Below, one piece after another: positions 38,601-52,279 of a stretch of 64,000 nucleotides of DNA. The first letter of the stretch is position 1. Each line of letters begins with the position of its first letter. A program made the translations under genes and the position numbers. This DNA is from Octopus sinensis. Lineage: Eukaryota. The notes below the pieces were generated by a model that saw nothing but the letters and a program-made list of their open reading frames with translations, made no database searches and was not told the DNA's origin. Location of the stretch: assembly GCF_006345805.1 (NCBI RefSeq), contig NC_043009.1:11470001-11534000 (forward strand). Direction: 5' to 3'.

Positions 38601-39297
38601 TAAGAACCTTATTCTATTGGGATTAGTTTCCGATACTAATACAGCGTTTATTACTATGATGTGTTAAAAACACCGCTGGATTCGATACTATTCACCCCAA
38701 TTATTCATTATTATTTAAGGCAATATCACCTGCAATATTCCCTTTTCTGGGAATGCTGTGATTGATACACTGTCCGTAAACTACGTTAGTAGAATACTTT
38801 TCTCATAGTTTTGTCCAAGAACTACTACCAAATCCCAACAGTAACCTTGTATCTTGTCATTGGCTATTGTGGCCGCCCTCGCCCTATTAAGTTGTCACAT
38901 TCGAACACACAGACACAGTCTTTTCAGTTCTTGACCGTTAATTCTTGCTATCTCTCTATCTCTGCATTCCACACACAATTTCATGCATTCAAAGACGCAC
39001 ACACACATACATTAAGGCAATTTTACACACTCATACATTCGAGCACTCATTCATAATATAAATCAAATATAAACACCAGTCATACAGAATACATTCACAC
39101 TCTTTAATTTTCCTATACCTTCCTTCTACTACCTTGATGCTGGCCTTGAACTATGTCAACGGATAATTTCTTCTGCTTTCATCCAATCTGGCGTCAACCC
39201 CTATAAATAGACATTTTTTATCATTATTTTTATGGGCTCCTCGTGAGCAGTCGTCGAAAAGCTTGTTGTGCATTTTGTTGGAGAATTAAGTTCCTGG

Positions 39298-39383
39298 ATT
39301 TTCCTGAAGAGAAAGCTGCATAACAGACTCCTTATTCACTCGGAATTAGGGACTTTGCAGACTTTGAAACATATGTCGAAAAT
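39298..39383 (+). ncRNA. Type I hammerhead ribozyme (right arm)
   Basis: Stem I attttc (39298-39303) / gaaaat (39378-39383); CUGAAGA 39304-39310; stem II aaagctgca / tgcagacttt; GAAA 39366-39369; palindromic stem III catatg; GUC cleavage triplet 39375-39377. Confidence 0.8.
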
Positions 39384-39581
39384 AAAATAAAGGAATTTTG
39401 TTAAATCTTCGTTCAGCTCCATTCTTTCCTATACTTAATATATAAAATTTCAAATTTCCGCACTAAGGCACGGATTTTATGCCCTATGGTCGTAACTTCA
39501 ACCGTGCCCTTTCTGTTGTGAGTTTGCTACCCAGGTATCGGTTATCTTTCGAATTATCCGTAATAAGATAATTCATTTGTC

Positions 39582-39610
<29 letters not shown>

Positions 39611-39617
<7 letters not shown>

Positions 39618-39933
39618 AGAGAGAGAAAAATAGAGATAGAGAGGGAGAGAGAGATAAAGAAAGAGAGCGAGAGGAAGGACATCTTCGAGTCATTTTGAAA
39701 AAAGAAAAATATATATTGAAGTAAATTAAATTAATCTTTTATAATATCGGTTCCGGACTTTTAATTGTTCATCTAATGAGCATCACAAGGTGCGTTATTT
39801 AGTATCCTTCCGATTGTTGCAAAATTTTACTTGACATAACAGTTAGGGTCAGTGTTAGAGTTGGCTGTTAGGGAGAAGTAGGGCTGTCAGGCAGTAGCAG
39901 CAGGAGCAAAATGGTTGCAACAGCTAGGGAGGG

Positions 39934-39981
<48 letters not shown>

Positions 39982-40539
39982 ACGCACACACACACACATA
40001 CACAAACACACACACATATTATATATATATATAAGGAAAGGAAAAAAAAAGTACTGGGATCGATATGATTGACTGTCCCCCTCCCCACATAATCATAGCC
40101 TTGTGCCTCTAGTAGAAAAGATTATCATCATCATCATCATCATCATCATCGTCGTCATGCAAGCAATGGATAAAATAAAGTACCTGCCTATTACTGGAAA
40201 CGCAACGGCGACCGCACGTGAAATTGAAAAAACCTTTATCATTTTTTTTTGCTACACGTAAGCCATGAGCGCTGCCCAAAACTATTCCATATTCACCCGA
40301 TTTCAGATTTATTCACACCGTTTATGATGCATTTGAGGCTACTCCGCAACCTGTCAAGAGATACGCCTGCAGAAACTCCGTTTCATTTTCTGATCCATAT
40401 TCAAGGACAAGTTTGAGTTCATATTTGTCTATTTAGATATTTATTAATATATATTTACGAGTATTTTTTAATATACTGGATGTAACTAGTGGGTTTACTG
40501 CATATTTTCATGTTTTATTATCCATTTGCATTATGCATG

Positions 40540-40583
<44 letters not shown>

Positions 40584-41530
40584 ACACACTATATTATATA
40601 TATTATATATATATAATATATATATATATATATAAAGAGAGAGAGAAAAATAGAGATAGAGAGGGAGAGAGATATAAAGAAAGAGAGCGAGAGGAAGGAA
40701 CATCTTCGAGTCATTTTGAAAAAAGAAAAATATATATTGAAGTAAATTAAATTAATCTTTATATTCGGTTCCGGACTTTTAATTGTTCATCTAATGATCA
40801 TCACAAGGTGCGTTATTTAGTATCCTTCCGATTGTTGGCAAAATTTTACTTGACATAACAGTTAGGGTCAGTGTTAGAGTTGGCTGTTAGGGAGAAGTAG
40901 GGCTGTCAGGCAGTAGCAGCAGGAGCAAAATGGTTGCAACAGCTAGGGAGGGCCCTCTCTCTCTCTCTCTCTCTCCTCTCTCTCCTCACCTCACACACAC
41001 ACACACATATTATATATATATATAAGGAAAGAAAAAAAAGTACTGGATCGATATGATTGACTGTCCCCCCCTCCCCACATAATCATAGCCTTGTGCCTCT
41101 AGTAGAAAAGATTATCATCATCATCATCATCATCATCATCGTCGTCATGCAAGCAATGGATAAAATAAAGTACCGCCTGCCTATTACTGGAAACGCAACG
41201 GTACCGCACGTGAAATTGAAAAAACCTTTATCATTTTTTTTGCTACACGTAAGCCATGAGCGCTGCCCAAAACTATTCCATATTCCCCCTATTTCAGATT
41301 TATTCACACCGTTTATGATGCATTTGAGGCTACTCCGCAACCTGTCAAGAGATACGCCTGCAGAAACTCCGTTTCATTTTCTGATCCATATTCAAGGACA
41401 AGTTTGAGTTCATATTTGTCTATTTAGATATTTATTTAATATATTTACGAGTATTTTTTAATATACTGGATGTAACTAGTGGGTTTACTGCATATTTTCA
41501 TGTTTTATTATCCATTGTGCATTATGCATG

Positions 41531-41574
<44 letters not shown>

Positions 41575-41610
41575 ACACACTATATTATATATATTATATA
41601 TATATAATAT
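39611..41610. repeat. Tandem direct duplication of ~1.0 kb (39611-~40630 and ~40632-41610)
   Basis: Both units start tataaagagagagagaaaaatagagatagagagggagagag and end gcattatgcatgcatacacac...cacactatattatata; they differ mostly by 1-4 bp indels and microsatellite length. Confidence 0.92.
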
Positions 41611-41790
41611 ATATAATATGTGTGTGTGTATGCGTATTATATATATATACTACATATATATTATATTATATACATATATACATATCCTCTATTTACATAA
41701 TATCGAGGTCTCTTTCATTCTTTTGTTGTCTTACCATTTTTATCAATATATATGTATATATATATGTGTGTGTGTGTTTTGTTGTACATG

Positions 41791-41858
<68 letters not shown>

Positions 41859-42317
41859 TATCGGATTCCTATTAGTGCTGGGATAACTTAAACTATGATG
41901 CTTCTGATATTGATGCCAAAGTAGAATTTTCTTCTTTATGTTTCGAATATGGAATCAAAGCATGAAGGTCACGATGTCAGATTTTTATATAATTTTTGGT
42001 AATTGATTTTCTGCTTCTGGTCCCCAATGCCTTCGTTTTAGGGAATTAATATTTCCCCCTTTCTAGCAAGAAGTATGGTTTTGTTATTGATTTTATTTTA
42101 TTAAAATATTGAACGCTGTTGCTATCGCGTTGTGCGTTCTTGTTGCGTATTTAAAGTCGCGATACTTCGGCTTAATTCATTCAATATGTTACATCAAGCT
42201 TGTGGTTTTATTGTCCGTTTTGCTTTTATTATCCATTGTGTACTTTTATTGTATTGCATACGCACGTGCACACGCCTATATACATATATGCATGAATACA
42301 TGCAAATATATATATAT

Positions 42318-42618
42318 ATACAAATAAGAAAATGGAGGAACAGATTTCTTTCAATCATCGACTTACAGATAATACCAATTCATATTATTTATTAACTACT
42401 TAAATAGGAACATCCAAATCCAACAGAATAAAACAATATACATCAGTAAGTAAGACAATACCAGAAAAATAATACACATAAAATAGATCTTACAGCTGTT
42501 TCAGCCTGTAGGTTGGATTTGCATGTTCCTATTTAAGTAGTTAATAAATAATATGAATTGGTAATGTCTGTAAGTCGATGATTGAAATGAATCTGTTCCT
42601 CCATTTTCTTATTTGTAT
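42318..42618. repeat. Fold-back with ~107-bp arms (42318-42424, 42512-42618)
   Basis: atacaaataagaaaatggaggaacagatt...taaataggaacatccaaatccaac versus gttggatttgcatgttcctattta...aatctgttcctccattttcttatttgtat; the spacer minus strand has GAAACAGCTGTA (42491-42502). Confidence 0.9.
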
Positions 42619-42852
42619 TATGAATTTGAGGTAAAATATTTTACCTTCGCCCATTTAATACAATAAATGAATTAGTTGCATTGCAGTTATAAGCATTTAT
42701 GTATTTGCCTTTTGGGTACTTCACCAGCAGTATATTGGATAACTAATATCCCATAGTGGGTAACACTCATAACCCCTATCTCACTTTGTACTATATATAT
42801 ATATACATATGCATATCTGGGTGTTTATGTGTATGTTTATATGTAAGTTTGC

Positions 42853-42883
<31 letters not shown>

Positions 42884-45469
42884 TTTATATGCATAAATAT
42901 ATTGTGACGGTTAAACTCAAATCAGAAAAAGCTACCAATGATAACAATAGCGCATAGATACTGGATTGAAATCGTGGGAGATAGAACAAGTCGAAAGCTG
43001 TCCGTAGGATTAACGACTTAGACATAATTATTTATACATGTGTGTGTGTGTGTGAGTGTGCGTGCGTGCGGGGTGTGTATATATTTACACACATATCCAT
43101 GTACATACCCATATACTGGATACTTATATGGATGTATGAATATCCCATATATGGATATGATTATGGATCTATGAATTTCCTAATAAGGCGATCATTTTTA
43201 TTGGTATTCGTGTAATTTAAACTGTGAGGTTTTCTCATGATGCTACAGCACAATTTAACTCTTTGGTTTTCAAATATAGAATGAAAGCATTTGTCTTGTA
43301 TGTTTTGACTAGACCATATTCTTGACTTTTCCCCCACGTTTCTAACCCGATTCCCTATTAATATTCTATTTTCTCAATATTATATTCGATATTAGTTTCA
43401 CTTTGCTTTTGTAATATTCTCGTTCTCTTTTATTTTGCCGTGTAAGAATTGGTTTATTTCATGTGTTTTGTCTATCTACATCGCGTGGCTTTGTGCTTCT
43501 GTGTGTCTGCTATGCTTGAGAAAAATTACTTTACTCCATTAGGATTGAATCCATTTTAGCTTCATACTACTATGAAGCAAATACTGCTTGTGTTTGCTTC
43601 CATGGAAATAATTTCTTTGAGAGTCCGATGTATTTGGTTATTATTATTTTTTCACTGTGTTTCTTTATTCAGCGTCTGAGAATGCATTTCTATTATTAAA
43701 TGTTAATTGATTTTGTTAAGGTCAGTTATGATTTATTCTTGTTTTTGTTATTTTGGATTTTCCTCGTTGAATTTGCATATTCGGCTTGTTGTTGTTGTTG
43801 TTGTTGTTGTCGTTGCTATTTACTCCTTCGGCGTTACTTGTGCAAACATGCGACCAAAGGCATTCTGTCTGTGACCATCTTATCTTTTAGGAGTAGGCAG
43901 CACGTTTTTATTCAATGTAGCCATTGAATAAAAAAATATGATTTCAGGAGATCTTTAGCAGTTTGATCGATCATGAAGTAATTCTTTTTTCTGTCTCGTT
44001 ATTGATTCTGTTCTTTTACATTGGACAAAGAGCGTGTAATTGTTGCGACTGGGTATTTGAACAGTTGTTTCTGAGGAGTCTTGCTGACGTCATGCTTTGT
44101 TGCATTTCTACCAGCTCATTACTATCTGACTTCAAATTACCCTTAGGTCGACTTTACTTTTCGCTAAGTACCTGTCATGTGCTGGGGATAATTGTAATAA
44201 CTTGCTCTTTCCATCAAAATTTCTGACCTTGTGCCAAATTTAGAAAGAATTAATGTCAGTTTTGATAAAGTGGGTGTTGGCTGAATCGTTAGCGTGTCTG
44301 ACAAAATTCAGAGCAACATATCTTCTAGCTTATTCCGTTCCGAGATCAAATTCGTGGAAGTCATCTTTGCGAAGACGATAAAATAAGAACTAGTCAAGTA
44401 CTTGGGTCTTTGCAATCGACTAACCTCTCTCTTCGAAATTGTTGGTCTTGTACCAAAATTAGAAACAATTATTATCTTCTATTCATCAGACTTTTACCGG
44501 TATCTAGTGTATTGTAATAACTTGTCTTTTTCAAATGAGAACAGTTTTGTTTCGTTTTATATGTTTTATGTTTTGAGAGTTTATTACGAATATTTGCGAT
44601 ATTTTCTCTTGGGCTTTGTTTCTGCTGAGTTTGTTCTTCACATATTAATGGTTTATGGAACCGAATTCTTGTTGTTTGTAAATATTAGTTGATATTTTGC
44701 TCATTTTCTATTTCTGCTGATAACATATTTTTACTGTTAATTACACACTTAACTATATTTGTTTCCATTACAGTTCAGTCATGTTCTTCTTTTCTTCCAC
44801 CACATCTCAAACGCTTCATTTTTTTTTAACTATTTACTATGGTTGTGTGAGCTAGATATAATGTAAGTGATAATAAGTGTTTAACTCTTCGAGGTATTGT
44901 TCTTTGGTGTATCGTGTCTTAGAAGTTTTAATTTAATTTTGATAGACACTAACTAGGTTAAACGAAACATATATAATTTTATTTCAAGTTAATTTGTTTT
45001 TATTTTATTTATTCATTAGTCTTTGTCGAGGGTTAATCTAGTGAACGGATGCTGGTTTTTATGCTGATGTAACACGCGTCTTGTTGTTTGACAGTATTAG
45101 ATTTACACTTTTGTCTTTCTCAAAAGCTCTCGGCCAGCAGGTATTTTATATTGCAGACTATTTTGTTGTTCAGGTTTACAGTGATGTATAACATTGGTTT
45201 GCTTTGAAGTTCGTTCACTGTTTTACTTGTGCTCTGTTAGTATTTGTTACTGTTGTTCTTATTTGTTTAACTTCGGGTCAACTGTGCTGAAAAAAGATCT
45301 GTTATGTTCTAGTCATGACCGCACCGTCTAGGATTGTTCTTTTTTCAGACAACGGACCTCAGGCTACAATATCCACCGTTTTCTATTTTATTTTTTCAAT
45401 ATTGAATTAATTGTTTTGTTTCAAAAATTTGGGTCACCAAGTTAAATATTTACTTAGATTATTCTTCCT

Positions 45470-45822
45470 ACTGTTGGTTGCGGGTCTCCGAAAACTTTCG
45501 CTAATATCGACATTCGTCTGAACCACTTGTACACTTGCGTGCAGCTCATACACTCCTCTCCATACACTTTCTGAAACTTTGTGTAGGCCTCTGAGCAGGT
45601 ATCGCCATGAAAACTTTCTCTGTCGTGGTCAATGCGACAATCACACGCTACACACGTTCCTTCCAAGTATTGCTGTAAACAGCAGAAGTGAGCTAGAACG
45701 TTAAAACGTTGTGCAAACGCAGAGGGAAGTTCAAGGTCAAGCTTTGCCTAGCAGCTTCACTCTGCATGCAGTAGCTTGGTTACTATGGCAACAGTCTTGA
45801 TATTTATTGAACAGATCTCGTA
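45470..45822 (-). mobile_element. Mariner transposon 5' fragment
   Basis: TIR-like tacgagatctgttcaataaatatc; peptide GDTCSEAYTKFQKVYGEECMSCTQVYKWFRR matches the mariner N-terminal helix-turn-helix. Confidence 0.8.
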
Positions 45823-45875
45823 TATATACATACATAACGCTTCTCTCTCTCTCTCTCTCTCTATATATTATATAG

Positions 45876-45923
<48 letters not shown>

Positions 45924-45989
45924 TTAAGCCCACCCTATTGGTGCGGGTATTTGGTCCCAAAATGGTTCATTCGTGGGACATAATAGCAA

Positions 45990-46609
45990 AGAAGAGTACA
46001 CATTCACTCTCTGCTCGCGATTAGACTCGGAAAGTTTGTGAGGAACCCATTGACCCAATTTTATGACTTTTCCGATGGCACGCACGTGTCAATGAATGGT
46101 TGAATGACCAAATCCAAGCTTCTTTGCTAGTTCCTCAACAGTCGCGATGGGATTTTATTCCACCAGGGTTTGCAAGACGTGCTCGCTGAGCTCTACAGAT
46201 CTTCCAGGACGTGGCTCATCTTCTAGGCTGCAGTTTCTGGTTCGGAATTTCTGGAACCACTGTCGGCACTGACTTACGCTTATTGCCCGATCCCTATATA
46301 CTCTATTAATAATCCTCGCACTTTCCGTTGCGTTTTTGTCTTTCCCTAAATCCTTAAAAGTGTTTTAGCCCGAAGGCCGCGGCCATGCTGGATCACCACC
46401 GTCTTTATTGAACTTATAAAATAAAATATGCCGAATATGCTCCTTTGTCACTTCCATTAATAGCTTGGAAAAAATACCTGTTAAAATCGAACTGTACTCT
46501 TCAAAACTTGCTCTAAGAATAAATACAATGCAAAATTATTACCTGCTTTTATAGCAAGTTGATGCAAGTATTTCAGAAACAGCCGCATTATTTATGGGAT
46601 GACCTAATA
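45990..46609 (-). mobile_element. Mariner (Mos1/Hsmar1-like) 5' half, decayed, with a short insertion near 46345-46400
   Basis: TIR tattaggtcatcccataaataatgcgg; ATG at 46457 MEVTKEHIRHILFYKFNK...QWFQKFRT..SLEDEPRPGRS...KLGQWVPHKL (WVPHEL linker motif). Confidence 0.88.
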
Positions 46610-46864
46610 TATACATACAATACAAAGTAAAGCTGCAACTTTGTTCTGTTTTCTTTTCCTTTTGTAGTTTACTTTGTACCTTCTGGTTTTGCACCGGCCT
46701 TACACAACAACCCTCTTTAAAGTTTTAACGGTGATACTGCGTTACAAAATATCACTTTTGTGTCTGCATCCTACGATACACATTCGACGCTTCTCAAAAA
46801 AAAAAGAAGCAATTGTAAATTTGTTTATATACACACGTAGTTCTTACATTTCAGTAAGCTATCT

Positions 46865-48125
46865 ATTTAGCGTTTAGAATTGGTGGAAATGTTGTCAGCA
46901 GACAGCTGAACTTAATGGTAAAGCACTCAACCGGTCTCTTGGAGGATTTAGGCTCGACTCCCATGGCTGTTTGTGGACAACCTTTTCTGCCTTGTAAGGG
47001 TACCAATACCCAGTTTTTCTGCTGTTTTAACGGGGATACTGCGTTCGAAAATATCACTTTCTTGTCTGTATCTTATACACATGTAGGGCTCTTAGGTCCT
47101 TTGGGAGATATTAAAGAGCTGTGGGCCTTCAAAGCCCAGATTATTGCAATATCTTGTCCTATATTTTGATGGCAAAGTTGGAGTCTTTGGCACTATACAG
47201 TGGCGCCCTGTTCTAGCGTTATTGTAACTCTCAATGCCAAAATTTGGGACAAGTCCCCCCAGGATCTTCCAGATGTATATTGCGGCATATCTTTCCCGCC
47301 AACGCTCCAGGGAACAAAGTCTCATTCTCTTGAGTCTTTCCCAGTAGCTTATACGTTGCATAGAGGTTATTTTCTTCGCGTAGCTTCGCTGGATTGCCTC
47401 AAGTTCTATAATTAATTTTACACTGGTTGGTAACCATAGCTGGGAGCAAGCGGCTTAGGAAAAATGTCCTCCAGAGGACCATCATGGTTTCCTGATCTCC
47501 TGTTTTAAGAACTCTAAGAATCCATCCGGTCAGCCGCCTGCATTTCATTGCGAACTTAGCAACATGCACATGGATGGATGCATCGTTACTCAAGTAAATA
47601 CCCAGGTCTCGCTCAGACAGTCTCTGGGATTGCAATCCCTCCCGGTCTAGTGAATTTAATTAGTATTTCATATAGTTTTGCATGCTGATAGGATAAGGCT
47701 TGAAACTTTTCAGCGTAAAACGGCTTACTATTCTTCTTAGCCCACTTGTATATGTCATCTAACTAATTTTGCAGGATAATAGCATTTTCAGGGTTCTGTA
47801 TCATCTGTGAGACTGTTATATCACCTGAATAGCTTGTGATTATGGCTCTGTGTGTGGCTGGGAGCATATCTGAGACGGTTATTATTAACAGTAGTGATCC
47901 CAGAACAGTGCCTTGAGGAACACCACTCACTATTTGCGTGCCATTTAAGGTGGCCACATTGGCTACTAATACTTGACTTCTATCTTTCAGAATGTCATGC
48001 AACTGCTATCCCAATTTCCCGACTATGCCGAGACTATGCAGTTTTTGAAATATCATTCCATCATCAACTTTATCGAAAGTTTTAGCAAAGTCGGGAAATA
48101 TCACATCCACATTTGTGTGGTTGAG
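46865..48125 (-). mobile_element. CR1-like LINE, 5'-truncated and decayed ORF2 (RT and C-terminus)
   Basis: DFAKTFDKVD; SGVPQGTVLGSLL; degenerate YADD (YSGD); ERDLGIYLS; SYWERLKRMRLCSLERWRERY..IWKILGGLVPN. Confidence 0.9.
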
Positions 48126-48256
48126 TCATAGTGTTGCAAGAGCTGAGTCAGGCAGTTTCTTCCTGGTCAGAAAAAATATATATACACACACATCCATCCA
48201 TACATACATGCACGCATGCACCCACTCATGTATACATACCAACATACATACAAACA

Positions 48257-48292
<36 letters not shown>

Positions 48293-48351
48293 TATAATAT
48301 ATATGTAGATACATATATATGTATGTATGTATATGTAGATGTATATATATA

Positions 48352-48445
<94 letters not shown>

Positions 48446-48541
48446 ATATACATATATTTAATCAATATAGGGTAGCAAAAAATTCAATAGAAATTTTTTC
48501 GCCACCAGCGGTCTAGTAAGAGAGAGAAAATAGTCAGAGAC

Positions 48542-48586
<45 letters not shown>

Positions 48587-48607
48587 CATACATACATATA
48601 AATAAAT

Positions 48608-48692
<85 letters not shown>

Positions 48693-48699
48693 CGGCCGT

Positions 48700-50052
48700 A
48701 TCTGATGTTGCAGAAATTGGCGTAAAAGTTGACGAAGTGTAAATAGCTCACATGTCAGGTGCTTGCCTTCGGCTGTATTTGTTTTTTCTTTCATCTAGAT
48801 TGTCTATGGTACTAGCCAAACAATAAATAGAGGGGCTGTCATATAGAAAGTTCAAATGTCTAGAGTTGAACTACTAGGAATTAATATCGATATTATCGAC
48901 GTGACTTACCTTTAAAAAATTGTTTTAGTGAGATGTTCTCTTTGCTGGTCACCTTTAGAAGCTATGTATCTAACCTTGTAACTTACCTGATCAAAGCGTT
49001 CGCCGATAGAAAAGATTATTGCATTGTCAACCGCAGAATATACAAGTCTGTAATGGTCTCAAATTTTCTATGGAAATGTATGTTCACCAATTCCCATTTT
49101 AATTTTTCTAGAGCTATTTCACTTCCATAGTAATACAAGTTCTGAAACGAAATATTGGCTTGTAGTCTTTCATACAATTCACCTTAGAGGTTATCGAATG
49201 AATCATTATTCCTCATATCTTTCAATACTTGTTTAGTAATTCCAACCAGCCTTTCTCCATCTGTTTATGACATTTTAGATACACTCAGAAGCTTTTAGAA
49301 ATTGTCTGTGAATATAAGAACTGATCGAGATATAGTATGAAGAATAAATTAAACGTTTTCATTTGAGACTTGTATCCAATTATACAGTACCAAATATCAG
49401 CATCCAATTATAGTAGAACATTCTTACCAAAACTTGAACTGGAGTGAATAATTATCAAGAATTCTTCAAAAGCAAGTAGTGAGTAGAGCATCTATCTTAC
49501 TCTAAACTCTACTTAAATATACATTATCACCAGAAGTCAATTTTCTTGCAGATACTTATGTTCATTTTTTCGACACTAGTTAATTTTTCTCTCTGCACTT
49601 AATTAGATTATCAATATAATTTTTGTGACGCATCATAACAAGTATTATCTTACTTTGTTATTATGAAATTTTGATCTGATGTGTGCCTGATAATGTATTA
49701 CTAAGGTTTTCGGTTGCTTGTTGTTCTTCTAAACGTTCCTTTACTCCAGTATTTTCCCCAAGCAGGCTACTCGGTTCGGCTTTCCTCTACACTAGCATAA
49801 GTGTAGTCGTAATCTTTTGAGCGCATCTATGATAATCACTTTTTTGCTCTTTTACTTGTTTCAGTCATGTGACTGTGGCCATGCTGGAGCCCCGCCTTTA
49901 GTCGAGAAAATCGATCCCAAGAATTATTCTTTGCAAGCCTAGTACTTATTCTATCGGTCTCTAAGCCGAACCTCTAAGTTACGAGGACGTAAACACACCA
50001 GCATCGGTTGTCAAGTGATGTTGGGGGGACAAACACAGACACACGCACATAT

Positions 50053-50118
<66 letters not shown>

Positions 50119-51050
50119 CGACAGACTTCTTTCAGTTTCCGTCTACCAATCAACTCATAAGGCTTCGGTCGACCCGAGGGTATAGTAGAAGACACTTGCC
50201 GAAGGTGCCACGCAGTGGGACTGAACCCGTAAGCAAGCTACTTACCACACAGCCACTCCAAAATAATTTTTTTTATATTTAATAAGTGATAAAAACCAAG
50301 AAATTACTCATTGGCCGATTGCTGACCCGAAGATCACTTAATCTAAGTTGTTTTTTGTTGGATGTATCGGTATATTAGTCACTGGTAATTGAAAAAGTTT
50401 TATCGATCTAACCAACTAAATCTTTCAGTTATTGAAGAACAGAACTTAGTTTGTATTGGGTGACTCACGTATCTATCTCTAAGAATTTTGTTGTACTACT
50501 CCAGAATAGGATCAGGATTAGATTTTCTTCGCAGTCGGACACGGTTAAAGAAATTTAGATGATTCTTTATCGTTGTATTTGCCTCGAAAGGAAATTTAGA
50601 ACTTGTCTGCATTGATTTTCTTAGCTGCATCGAACAATTCTTCAGTGTTATTACATTACAGAATCTACATTTTTAATTCGATGGCAGGGGCAGTGATTTT
50701 CAGGAAGGCCAATAAATCTCAAAACACTGTCTAGTTTTACAATTATTTCCTTCTGTTTTTAGAAGTAAAAAATCTTTCCGTTAAAAAGACATTTTATTTA
50801 ACGCCATCTTGTACATTTGAATTTTCTTAATATTTTAACATTATCCATGACTGTCTGTTTGAACACAGTCAATGAAATCAAAATCATTGAACCAAGTTGG
50901 TTGAAAAGGCCACTTCTAGGAGTTAGCTGCCCTTTCAGAAAAATTGAAACTGATATCTTGATATATTTTAGAAGTGGAAGCAAGTGTGGGAGATGTTTCA
51001 TTGGCCCGGTACACTAATATTTAATCAACATTTCTAATCAAGACAATGAA
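48700..51050 (-). mobile_element. Heavily decayed hAT transposase (Tip100/ZMYM1-like), split by a SINE
   Basis: Hand translation of the minus strand gives LRLSDLRGQ (near 50345-50320; cf. L..CRGQ.YDG), GERLVGITKQVLKDMRNNDSFDNL (near 49260-49190) and IGEHTFP..DHYRLVY..VDNAIIFSIGERFDQ (near 49095-48985), in the expected order. Confidence 0.6.
49845..50259 (-). mobile_element. SINE type A, near full length, inside the hAT relic
   Basis: Reverse complement of the 28892-29299 pattern with a short deletion in the head. Confidence 0.9.
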
Positions 51051-51087
51051 GAAAAAACTAATAACAGAAATGATTTTTCGGTTAGTA

Positions 51088-51312
51088 AGGCGGCGAGCTG
51101 GCATCGTCGTTAGCACGCAGGGCGAAATGCTTAGCTGTATTTCGTCTGCCACTACGTTCTGAGTTCAAATTCCGCCGAGGTCGACTTTGCATTTCATCCT
51201 TTCGAGGTCGATTAAATAAGTACCAGTTATGCACTGGGGTCGATATAATCGACATAATCCGATTATCTGTCCTTGTTTGTCCCCTCTGTGTGTACCCCCT
51301 TGTGGGTAGTAA
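51088..51312 (+). mobile_element. SINE type B
   Basis: aggcggcgagctggc...gagttcaaattccgccgaggtcgactttgcatttcatcctttcg...ccccttgtgggtagtaag. Confidence 0.88.
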
Positions 51313-51597
51313 GAAAGGATTTTTCGAGAAATCACTGGTTGCATTTGTATTTATTGGGGGGGGGGGGCTTGTTTCAGTAGCTGGTCAACAGGAAACATAA
51401 AAATATATCACTCTCGAATGAAAAATATCTCACTTTGAACGATTATGAAATACACTTCATATCAAGATAGTTACCCACCATATGCTCGGTATTTTGCAAA
51501 GGGAAGAGAAAGAGAGCGAAAGTTGGTGATAGAAGAGCGACGATGTCACACAAGGTAAGTGAACAAGACATAGAAATGTATTAATTATTAACCCATG

Positions 51598-51832
51598 AAG
51601 GCGGCGAGCCTGCAGAAACGTTAGCACACCGGGCGTAATGCGTAGCCGTATTTCGTCTGCCGTTACGTTCTGAGTTCAAATTCTGCCGAGGTCGACTTGG
51701 CCTTTCATCCTTTCGGAGTCGATAAATTTAGGACCAGTTACGCACTGGAGTCGATGTAATCGACTTAATCCCTTTGTCTGTCCTTGTTTATCTCTTCTAT
51801 GTTTAGCCCCTTGTGGGCAATAAAGAAACACA
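51598..51832 (+). mobile_element. SINE type B with perfect 19-bp TSD
   Basis: TSD tattaattattaacccatg at 51579-51597 and 51833-51851. Confidence 0.92.
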
Positions 51833-51974
51833 TATTAATTATTAACCCATGCCGCACGCGTGATAATATTTACCTTTTGCTGTTCATATATAAGTGCGAG
51901 TGTGTGTATGTGTGAGGGTGTGGGTGTGTGGAGAAGGAGTAAGTGTGTGTGTGTGTGTGTCATTAATCATTTAT

Positions 51975-52165
51975 CTTTAACTTGTTTCAGTCATTAAACT
52001 ACGGAGACGTTGGGGCATCGCGTTTGAAGAATTTTAGTCAAATGAATCGATCCCAGTACTTTGGATACTTTTAAACACTGGTACTTATTCTATCGTCCCC
52101 TTTTCCAAACCGCTAAGTTACGGGGACGTAAACACACAGGCACCGGTTGTTAAGTGATGGTGGGT
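51975..52165 (-). mobile_element. SINE type A 3' half, diverged
   Basis: cttgtttcagtcatt...gtacttattctatcg...ccgctaagttacggggacgtaaacac; similar relics at 56030-56245 and 59045-59250. Confidence 0.7.
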
Positions 52166-52245
52166 GGCATATATATATATATATTATATATATATATATA
52201 CGGTGGTGCATCAGCATGGCCGCAGCTCTGAGCTGAAACTAGAAA

Positions 52246-52279
<34 letters not shown>

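Larger units (their letters stand above)
37503..39444. mobile_element. Penelope-like element 3' end with an inverted copy of its pLTR (1.9-kb palindrome, ~650-bp arms 37503-38152 and 38785-39444)
   Basis: taagtataggaaagaatggagctgaacgaagatttaac... versus ...gttaaatcttcgttcagctccattctttcctatactta; near-identical along the arms; the spacer holds a GIY-YIG fragment. Confidence 0.9.
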
